Shown here: one piece after another, positions 9,580-16,558 of the stretch
How the letters are laid out: every line of letters begins with the position of its first letter
Position numbering within the stretch: position 1 is the stretch's first letter
Source: a virus
Lineage: Duplodnaviria > Heunggongvirae > Uroviricota > Caudoviricetes
DNA length: 30,187 nt
Reading direction: 5' to 3' (one strand)
Virus record (IMG/VR): IMGVR_UViG_3300029033_000135
The notes under the pieces: generated by a model
The model's database searches: none
What the model was told of the DNA's origin: nothing
The model's input: the letters and a program-made list of their open reading frames with translations, nothing else
Made by a program: the position numbers and the translations under genes

Positions 9580-12006
9580 ATGATGAAAATCCATACCACA
9601 GAGGCGCTCATGAAGGCTGAAATCAGCCGTAGAAGTCTGATGAAAACCTCCGCACTTGGCAGTCTTGCGCTGGCAAGCAGTGCTTTCACTCTGCCATTTT
9701 CCCAAATGGTCCGGGCGGCAGAGGCTCCGGTAGAAGAGAAAGCGGTCTGGAGTTCCTGCACCGTTAACTGCGGGAGCCGCTGTCTGTTACGTTTGCATGT
9801 GAAAGATGACACCGTGTACTGGGTGGAGTCTGATACGACAGGTGACGACGTCTACGGTAACCATCAGGTTCGAGCGTGTTTACGCGGGCGCTCTATCCGC
9901 CGACGGATGAATCATCCTGATAGGTTGAAATATCCCATGAAGCGCGTCGGCAAGCGCGGTGAAGGTAAATTTGAACGGATAAGTTGGGACGAAGCCCTGG
10001 ATACCATCAGTGATAATCTTCGGCGGATCCTGAAAGATTACGGCAATGAGGCTGTACATGTCCTGTACGGAACAGGCGTAGATGGCGGAAACATCACCAA
10101 CTCAAACGTCCCGTACCGTCTGATGAACTCTTGCGGTGGTTTTCTCAGTCGCTATGGCAGCTACAGTACCGCACAGATCAGTGCCGCAATGAGTTATATG
10201 TTCGGTGCCAATGATGGCAACAGCCCGGATGATATCGCCAATACGAAACTGGTCGTTATGTTCGGAAATAACCCGGCAGAAACGCGGATGAGCGGCGGTG
10301 GTGTCACTTACTACGTCGAGCAAGCCCGCGAACGTTCAAACGCACGCATGATCGTCATCGATCCACGTTATAACGACACTGCTGCCGGGCGTGAAGATGA
10401 ATGGCTGCCCATTCGCCCTGGCACCGATGGCGCACTGGCCTGTGCGATTGCCTGGGTACTGATTACTGAAAACATGGTCGATCAGCCATTTCTCGACAAA
10501 TATTGTGTTGGTTACGATGAAAAAACGCTGCCCGCCAACGCACCACGTAACGCGCATTATAAAGCCTATATTCTGGGCGAAGGGCCTGACGGCATAGCTA
10601 AAACGCCGGAATGGGCAGCAAAAATCACCAGCATCCCGGCAGAAAAAATTATCCAGTTGGCACGAGAGATCGGTTCAGCAAAACCTGCTTATATTTGTCA
10701 GGGTTGGGGGCCACAACGACATTCCAACGGCGAGCAAACGTCCCGCGCTATTGCCATGCTTTCCGTTCTCACCGGTAACGTCGGCATAAACGGCGGCAAC
10801 TCAGGTGTACGCGAAGGTAGCTGGGATCTGGGGGTAGAATGGTTCCCGATGCTTGAGAATCCTGTTAAAACGCAGATTTCCGTCTTTACATGGACAGATG
10901 CCATCGACCATGGTACGGAAATGACCGCGACCCGTGATGGTGTTCGTGGAAAAGAAAAACTGGATGTCCCCATCAAGTTTTTATGGTGCTACGCCAGTAA
11001 CACATTGATCAATCAACATGGCGACATCAATCACACCCATGAGGTGCTTCAGGATGACAGCAAGTGCGAGATGATTGTTGGCATTGACCACTTCATGACG
11101 GCCTCGGCTAAGTATTGCGATATCCTGTTGCCCGACCTGATGCCAACAGAGCAAGAAGACCTTATCTCTCATGAATCTGCAGGGAATATGGGCTATGTGA
11201 TCCTCGCCCAACCCGCAACCTCAGCAAAATTTGAACGCAAACCCATCTACTGGATGCTGAGTGAAGTCGCCAAACGCTTAGGACCAGACGTTTATCAAAC
11301 CTTTACTGAAGGTCGCAGTCAGCATGAATGGATCAAATATCTCCATGCGAAAACGAAGGAACGTAACCCTGAGATGCCCGACTACGAGGAGATGAAAACG
11401 ACCGGGATCTTTAAGAAAAAATGCCCGGAAGAACACTACGTCGCTTTCCGCGCATTCCGTGAAGATCCACAGGCAAACCCGTTGAAAACACCTTCGGGGA
11501 AAATCGAAATTTATTCTGAACGACTGGCGAAGATTGCAGATACCTGGGAATTGAAAAAAGATGAAATTATTCATCCCCTTCCTGCGTATACCCCAGGTTT
11601 TGATGGCTGGGACGATCCCCTGCGGAAAACCTATCCACTGCAGTTAACGGGCTTCCACTACAAGGCGCGTACCCACTCCAGCTACGGCAATATTGATGTG
11701 TTACAGCAGGCCTGCCCACAAGAGGTGTGGATCAACCCCATTGATGCTCAGGCTCGCGGTATCCGTCATGGCGATACCGTGCGGGTATTTAACAATAATG
11801 GAGAAATGCTGATTGCCGCAAAAGTGACTCCGCGTATTCTGCCTGGCGTTACCGCCATCGGGCAAGGTGCGTGGCTTAAAGCGGATATGTTTGGTGACCG
11901 GGTCGATCACGGCGGCAGTATCAATATTCTGACCTCTCACCGCCCTTCACCGCTGGCAAAGGGAAACCCGTCGCACAGCAATCTTGTCCAGATCGAAAAG
12001 GTTTAA
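9580..12006 (+). CDS. ynfF: Tat-exported molybdopterin oxidoreductase YnfF (tandem paralog of YnfE)
   Basis: 808-aa ORF with Tat motif (SRRSLMKTS) and Cys cluster (CTVNCGSRCLLRLHV); collinear with YnfE along its whole length. The second Met at 9583 is an alternative start. Confidence 0.95.
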   Translation: MMKIHTTEALMKAEISRRSLMKTSALGSLALASSAFTLPFSQMVRAAEAPVEEKAVWSSCTVNCGSRCLLRLHVKDDTVYWVESDTTGDDVYGNHQVRACLRGRSIRRRMNHPDRLKYPMKRVGKRGEGKFERISWDEALDTISDNLRRILKDYGNEAVHVLYGTGVDGGNITNSNVPYRLMNSCGGFLSRYGSYSTAQISAAMSYMFGANDGNSPDDIANTKLVVMFGNNPAETRMSGGGVTYYVEQARERSNARMIVIDPRYNDTAAGREDEWLPIRPGTDGALACAIAWVLITENMVDQPFLDKYCVGYDEKTLPANAPRNAHYKAYILGEGPDGIAKTPEWAAKITSIPAEKIIQLAREIGSAKPAYICQGWGPQRHSNGEQTSRAIAMLSVLTGNVGINGGNSGVREGSWDLGVEWFPMLENPVKTQISVFTWTDAIDHGTEMTATRDGVRGKEKLDVPIKFLWCYASNTLINQHGDINHTHEVLQDDSKCEMIVGIDHFMTASAKYCDILLPDLMPTEQEDLISHESAGNMGYVILAQPATSAKFERKPIYWMLSEVAKRLGPDVYQTFTEGRSQHEWIKYLHAKTKERNPEMPDYEEMKTTGIFKKKCPEEHYVAFRAFREDPQANPLKTPSGKIEIYSERLAKIADTWELKKDEIIHPLPAYTPGFDGWDDPLRKTYPLQLTGFHYKARTHSSYGNIDVLQQACPQEVWINPIDAQARGIRHGDTVRVFNNNGEMLIAAKVTPRILPGVTAIGQGAWLKADMFGDRVDHGGSINILTSHRPSPLAKGNPSHSNLVQIEKV

Positions 12007-12016
12007 AGAGTAGCCC

Positions 12017-12130
12017 ATGACCACACAATATGGATTTTTTATCGATTCCAGCCGCTGTACTGGCTGTAAAACCTGCGAACTGGCGTGCAAAGATTTTAAA
12101 GTTGGTTACGTATCGTTTAAAATCAATTAG
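12017..12130 (+). pseudogene. ynfG: 5' fragment of ynfG (Fe-S subunit), truncated after codon 28 at the junction with the inserted element
   Basis: ATG at 12017 encodes MTTQYGFFIDSSRCTGCKTCELACKDFK, identical to the remembered YnfG N-terminus including the first ferredoxin Cys motif. From 12101 it diverges (VGYVSFKIN) and stops at 12128-12130. Confidence 0.8.
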
Positions 12131-12174
12131 ATAGCCCGTCATTTCTGCGCTCACACGTCCCAACATTGAAAAAC

Positions 12175-12208
12175 ATGCAAAGCTTTGTAAGCCGATGCAA
12201 AGCTTTGT
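12175..12208. promoter_or_regulatory. Two copies of a 14-bp repeat (atgcaaagctttgt), each containing the perfect 10-bp palindrome CAAAGCTTTG, 20 bp centre to centre
   Basis: Direct observation: copies at 12175-12188 and 12195-12208, about 75 bp inside the junction. Operator-like geometry for a dimeric DNA-binding protein. Confidence 0.4.
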
Positions 12209-12354
12209 GTGTCTCACTTTTGTCCCAATACCAATCCGAATCCACCCTTTGTCATCATTGAGAAATGGCAAGGAAGAAAAGGATGTTACTGCACGATTTG
12301 ACAAATCCGCCAGAGCTATCGCATATTGACCGCACTGAACAAATAAGCGGTCAT

Positions 12355-12382
12355 CCGCACCCGATAGCTTTGCGGCTTTTTT
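12355..12382 (+). terminator. Weak stem-loop plus T tract upstream of the HNH gene
   Basis: ccgca-N11-tgcgg followed by cttttttattt; short stem and large loop, so weak. Confidence 0.3.
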
Positions 12383-12400
12383 ATTTATATCGGGCTTCTC

Positions 12401-12838
12401 ATGAAAAACCTTTTAAATAATTTTCTTGACAATTGCATTGAAAATATTTTACCAAAAGATGATTTTGGTTATGGGCGTCTTTTAATCGGCTCAAAGGGTA
12501 AACGTATTAAAACTGGCGCGCATAGGTTAATTTACCGAATTTTTATTGGAGAAATTCCTGCGGGCATGGTTGTCAGGCATTCTTGCGATAATCCTGCATG
12601 TTGTAATCCAAAGCATTTACTAATAGGAACAATCCTTGATAATAATGCTGATCGACAGAAACGAAAACGCCAAGCACGTCATGAAAAACATGGGCGAGCA
12701 AAACTAACTAAAGAGCAAGTGCTATTTATAAGAGCTAATGAAATGAGTATACCAAATTCAGTTCTTGCAGATAAATACAGGGTCTCCAATAGCTTAATAT
12801 GGCAAATAAAAAACTATCGCATTTGGAATGAATTGTAA
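12401..12838 (+). CDS. HNH homing-type endonuclease
   Basis: 145 aa; HNH_3-like core AHRLIYRIFIGEIPAGMVVRHSCDNPACCNPKHLLIGT followed by a basic tail. Confidence 0.8.
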   Translation: MKNLLNNFLDNCIENILPKDDFGYGRLLIGSKGKRIKTGAHRLIYRIFIGEIPAGMVVRHSCDNPACCNPKHLLIGTILDNNADRQKRKRQARHEKHGRAKLTKEQVLFIRANEMSIPNSVLADKYRVSNSLIWQIKNYRIWNEL

Positions 12839-12916
12839 CCACGCTGTTGACGACAGCATCCAATAGTGACTATACTCCGCGCCGAGACCTCGAAAACCTC
12901 CCAAAAGCGGATTAAG

Positions 12917-12943
12917 CCAACCCCGTCAGTGTTGGATTTTTTA
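12917..12943 (+). terminator. Putative intrinsic terminator after the HNH gene
   Basis: ccaac-N9-gttgg stem followed by atttttta, about 80 nt after the HNH stop. Confidence 0.45.
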
Positions 12944-13118
12944 TGCCTGTCATTCAGTGATGGCACAATGTGCGGTCACATCCCCGATCCATGTCGGGAG
13001 GGCGACGAATACAACACCCGCAAGGGGAATAAGTCCGCGGTATCTTTTGGGCCGTTTCGAGCCTCCCGGCACCACATTTTGTGGTGGCATTTCTCGAAAA
13101 AAGCCAAAGGAGGTCATC

Positions 13119-13736
13119 ATGACCACTCAACTCATCCCTGTGTTTGAAGGTACAATCTCAAATGAACCTACGCTTCTGGTGAACGCGCGTGATTTGCATG
13201 GGTTTTTAGAGGTAGGTAAAGATTTTTCTAACTGGATACGGGCCAGGCTAAACGAGTATGGATTCGTAGAAAATTTAGACTACATTCTATTTTCGCCAAA
13301 TTTGGCGAAAACTCTAGGCCGCCGCCGCAAGGACTACCACCTCACCCTGGACACAGCCAAAGAGCTTGCGATGGTTGAACGAAACGAAAAAGGCCGCCAG
13401 ATCCGCCGCTACTTCATCGAGTGCGAAAAGAAACTTCGCAACATTCAGCCAGTACAAGCAGAATCACAGCCACAATTTACCGCCGAGGAAATCATCCTCC
13501 TTTGCTACATGCAACTCTGGATGGAAAAAGCCCAGGACCTTAGCAAGCAGCTGTACCCCATAATGAAAGAGCTGAACTCCTCATACACGAACAAGCTGTA
13601 TGACATTGCGTTTGAGACTATCTACATGGTGACGAAGAACAGAGACGCGNNNNNNNNNNNNNCGTCTCGACATGTCAAGTTCCGTTATCCAGCGGGCCAT
13701 GCCAATGCTGAAAAGCCTGCGGGCAAGACAATTTGA
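13119..13736 (+). CDS. Phage antirepressor-like protein (ORF6N / P22 AR N-terminal type domain); C-terminus uncertain because of the assembly gap
   Basis: Strong SD aaggaggt (13107-13114) before the ATG at 13119. N-terminal domain PVFEGT..LLVNARDLHGFLEVGKDFSNWIRARLNEYGFVENLDY is typical of ORF6N/antirepressor domains. A 14-N gap at 13649-13662 makes the downstream frame and stop (13736 or 13743) unknown. Confidence 0.7.
   Translation: MTTQLIPVFEGTISNEPTLLVNARDLHGFLEVGKDFSNWIRARLNEYGFVENLDYILFSPNLAKTLGRRRKDYHLTLDTAKELAMVERNEKGRQIRRYFIECEKKLRNIQPVQAESQPQFTAEEIILLCYMQLWMEKAQDLSKQLYPIMKELNSSYTNKLYDIAFETIYMVTKNRDAXXXXXSRHVKFRYPAGHANAEKPAGKTI
13649..13662. other. Run of 14 N (assembly gap or masked bases) inside the antirepressor gene
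   Basis: Direct observation; flanked by GAGACG (13641-13646) and its reverse complement CGTCTC (13663-13668). Confidence 0.95.
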
Positions 13737-13747
13737 ATTCTGAAACC

Positions 13748-13770
13748 AAAGGAGCTTCGGCTCCTTTTTT
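13748..13770 (+). terminator. Rho-independent terminator downstream of the antirepressor gene
   Basis: aaaggagc-TTCG-gctccttt hairpin (UUCG tetraloop) followed by a T run. Confidence 0.85.
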
Positions 13771-13939
13771 CATGCCTGAACGACAACGCCGCTGAAATCG
13801 AAGAGTTAATACAATAAAGAGAAGAGCTCAGTACATTAGATAAACATTTTTTATCATTATCTCATTGCCTTTATTCAAAAAAATAGTTACATAACGTTAC
13901 TAGGTAAAATGCAAACCCTCGCTATTTTTATCAGATTGT

Positions 13940-15166
13940 ATGCCGGTAACTATAACAAAAATCAGAACTGGAGAAGATGTTTTGTCAGCAGCCATTCACC
14001 GCATTGAATGGTTGTTTGAAACATTCTCTTCTGTATGTTTATCTTTTTCTGGCGGTAAAGATTCCACTGTACTTTTCCATCTTGTAGCCGAAGTGGCCTA
14101 CAGGAAGAAACGTCGTTTTTCTGTATTGTTCATTGACTGGGAAGCCCAGTATCAATGCACCATTGATCATATACAGAAGATGCGGATGATGTACCAAGAT
14201 GTAACAGATACCTTTTACTGGGTTGCACTTCCCCTGACGACAGTAAATGGTGTCTCGCAGTTTCAGCCTGAGTGGATATGCTGGGAGCCCGGTGTAGAGT
14301 GGGTTCGACAGCCACCGGAAGATGCTATTACTGATATGGCGTATTTCCCCTTTTACCGCTACGCCATGACTTTTGAAGAATTTGTCCCAGCTTTTTCTTC
14401 CTGGTTCGCAAGTAACCAATGTAGCGTGGCAATACTGACTGGAGTCCGCGCGGATGAATCTCTTAACAGATTTATGGGACTGGTTTCCCAACGAAAACTG
14501 AGATATGCAGATGATAAACCCTGGACCACGGCGTCACCTGAAGGTTTTTACTACACCATGTATCCGCTGTATGACTGGAAAACCAACGATATCTGGGTAT
14601 ATAACGCTAAAACCTGTGCAATCTACAATCCTCTGTATGATTTGATGTACCGTGCAGGCATTCCTCTACGTAATATGCGTGTCTGTGAGCCTTTTGGCCC
14701 GGAACAGCGTAAGGGACTATGGCTTTATCATGTTCTGGAGCCAGAAACTTGGGCACGGATGTGTGAACGAGTATCTGGTGCTGCCAGTGGGGCTCTTTAT
14801 GCCAATGAAAGCGGGGCCTATTTTGCCCTGCGTAAACGGATGTCAAAACCATCCCATCATACCTGGCGCAGCTATGCGTTCTTCCTGCTGGACGTAATGC
14901 CGGAAAGAACGGCTGAACACTACCGCAACAAGATAGCAGTCTACCTGCGCTGGTATCAGAACCGGGGATTCCCGGATGATATCCCGGATGAACAGGAAAA
15001 TGATCTGGGCTGCCGGGATGTTCCCTCCTGGCGACGTATTTGTAAGACTCTCATAAAGAATGATTTCTGGTGCCGAACGCTCTCCTTCAGCCCCAACAAA
15101 CCCCGGCACTATGAACGTTACCTGCAGCGTATGAATGAAAGGAGGAAGGAATGGGGAATTCTGTGA
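13940..15166 (+). CDS. ibrA: PAPS-reductase-like PP-loop ATP pyrophosphatase (IbrA-like)
   Basis: 408 aa; PP-loop motif SFSGGKDS at residues 34-41 (nt 14039-14062), with a long C-terminal extension. A TTG at 13985 with GGAG upstream is an alternative start. The ibrA assignment is from memory of the IbrA/IbrB regulator family. Confidence 0.7.
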   Translation: MPVTITKIRTGEDVLSAAIHRIEWLFETFSSVCLSFSGGKDSTVLFHLVAEVAYRKKRRFSVLFIDWEAQYQCTIDHIQKMRMMYQDVTDTFYWVALPLTTVNGVSQFQPEWICWEPGVEWVRQPPEDAITDMAYFPFYRYAMTFEEFVPAFSSWFASNQCSVAILTGVRADESLNRFMGLVSQRKLRYADDKPWTTASPEGFYYTMYPLYDWKTNDIWVYNAKTCAIYNPLYDLMYRAGIPLRNMRVCEPFGPEQRKGLWLYHVLEPETWARMCERVSGAASGALYANESGAYFALRKRMSKPSHHTWRSYAFFLLDVMPERTAEHYRNKIAVYLRWYQNRGFPDDIPDEQENDLGCRDVPSWRRICKTLIKNDFWCRTLSFSPNKPRHYERYLQRMNERRKEWGIL

Positions 15167-15795
15167 CACCAGAGGTGGAGGTGCTGAGCAAGATGATTCG
15201 ACAGTACTTCAGTCAGGAACAATCTGAAGAGAAAACCATACAGGCCCTGAACCATCTCCGCTGCGTACTCCATGAGATCAGCCCCTTTGCTCAAGAACCA
15301 GTGGACTGTGTGCTGTGGGTAAAAGCGGATGAAATTGTCGCTAACGATTATAATCCCAATGTCATGGCCCCAAGCGAAAAAAAATTACTGAAACAATCTC
15401 TGGAAAAAGACGGTTTTACTCAACCAATTGTTGTTTCGGAAGAAACAAGCCATTACCTGGTGGTGGATGGTTTTCATAGGCAGTTACTAGGTAGAAGAAC
15501 AGTTACTGGAAAACGCCTGAAAGGCTGGCTACCAGTAACCTGTATTAATCCAGACCGAAAGGGACAAACCTCACGTATTGCCGCGACTATCCGACATAAC
15601 AGAGCCAGGGGGAAACACCAGATAACCTCAATGTCTGATATTGTCAGAGATCTTTCACGTCTTGGCTGGACTGATGAACGTATCGGAACAGAACTGGGGA
15701 TGGACCAGGATGAAGTTCTGAGGTTAAAGCAGATTAGCGGGCTAACGGAGTTATTTCAGCAGGCAGATTTCAGCCCTGCATGGACTGTTACATAA
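15151..15795 (+). CDS. ibrB: ParB/Srx-like nuclease-domain protein with C-terminal HTH (IbrB-like)
   Basis: 214 aa; ParB/sulfiredoxin-fold motif LVVDGFHRQ and a C-terminal HTH-like segment (TDERIGTELGMDQDEVLRLKQISGL). Its start overlaps the upstream stop by 16 nt and has the SD aaaggaggaagga. Confidence 0.7.
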   Translation: MGNSVTPEVEVLSKMIRQYFSQEQSEEKTIQALNHLRCVLHEISPFAQEPVDCVLWVKADEIVANDYNPNVMAPSEKKLLKQSLEKDGFTQPIVVSEETSHYLVVDGFHRQLLGRRTVTGKRLKGWLPVTCINPDRKGQTSRIAATIRHNRARGKHQITSMSDIVRDLSRLGWTDERIGTELGMDQDEVLRLKQISGLTELFQQADFSPAWTVT

Positions 15796-15816
15796 AGTTA
15801 GGTTAGGCCTGTGGAG

Positions 15817-15851
15817 CCGGGGAATCGGAATTAAACATCTTCCCTCCCCGG
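15817..15851. terminator. Stem-loop between convergent ibrB-like and gepA-like genes (ccgggg ... ccccgg)
   Basis: Inverted repeat lies between the two stop codons; no clear U tract on either strand, so function is uncertain. Confidence 0.3.
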
Positions 15852-15883
15852 TAAATACAAATAAGGGCTGAACATCATCCCGA

Positions 15884-16408
15884 CTACCTCAGATCACCTA
15901 ATAATATATCAAGATTATTTTGCGCATTAATGCTATTCGCCATTACTGTTGCTGCTTCTGGCAACTTTCCAAGAGCAATAAATATATTCTTAAGGCTGAT
16001 TGGAATTGATGAACCATGCGGATCGCGCCACTCACCGCAAATTCTGTGAGTTTCATCACAAAGCCTGAACGCATCCCAACCTCCATATTGACCAAAAATT
16101 ATGTCCATTGACTCTATTTCTGCGGGCGATAACTCCCCCAGCTCATCAACAGAAGAAAATGTACGCCACATTTCAACCTTATGATCCGCTACATCAGATA
16201 TCCATGATTCCCACGGACTGTACTCGTTTTCACTTCCATCCTTAACCAAAGAATATGTCTGCGATAAAACGGGTCCTTTGTTCATAGAGAAATAATGATC
16301 ACCACTAATGGGAAAACCATACAACTCCATTGCTTTGCGGTCAGAGAGATACATCAGCTTAATGAAACGCATAGATCCGCCATGTTTTTTCAGCAAATAC
16401 GCTGCCAT
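15884..16408 (-). CDS. Phage-associated GepA-like protein (DUF4065 / Panacea antitoxin-type domain), no adjacent toxin gene
   Basis: 174 aa; N-terminus MAAYLLKKHGGSMRFIKLMYLSDRKAMELYGFPISGDHYFSMNKGPVLS fits my recollection of the DUF4065/GepA family N-terminus. It stands alone with 150 bp of spacer upstream. Confidence 0.6.
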   Translation of the reverse strand: MAAYLLKKHGGSMRFIKLMYLSDRKAMELYGFPISGDHYFSMNKGPVLSQTYSLVKDGSENEYSPWESWISDVADHKVEMWRTFSSVDELGELSPAEIESMDIIFGQYGGWDAFRLCDETHRICGEWRDPHGSSIPISLKNIFIALGKLPEAATVMANSINAQNNLDILLGDLR

Positions 16409-16558
16409 TTACGCAACTTTTTCTTCATTAAACATAAATCGGCTCTCTGTCTCACATGAAATACTCTTTCTGACTATATGTTAATAGCTCCGGTTATTAC
16501 AGGTTAATGTGTGTTTATTTCTTAATCAGCCCCGCACTTCCGTACGGGGCCATTTCTG

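Noticed and set aside
7065-11940. Antisense and overlapping ORFs within ynfE and ynfF (for example 7657-8001 -, 9234-9812 -, 10698-10976 -, 11278-11574 -)
   Set aside because: Shadow ORFs opposite well-supported, full-length molybdoenzyme genes.
12175-12208. Possibility that the short repeats represent a CRISPR array
   Set aside because: Only two copies, the unit is palindromic, there are no unique spacers of CRISPR length, and no cas genes are present in the window.
12866-13147. 93-aa ORF and the upstream extension of the antirepressor ORF (track start 12957)
   Set aside because: They overlap a region with terminator and leader structures; the strong SD and ATG at 13119 mark the real antirepressor start.
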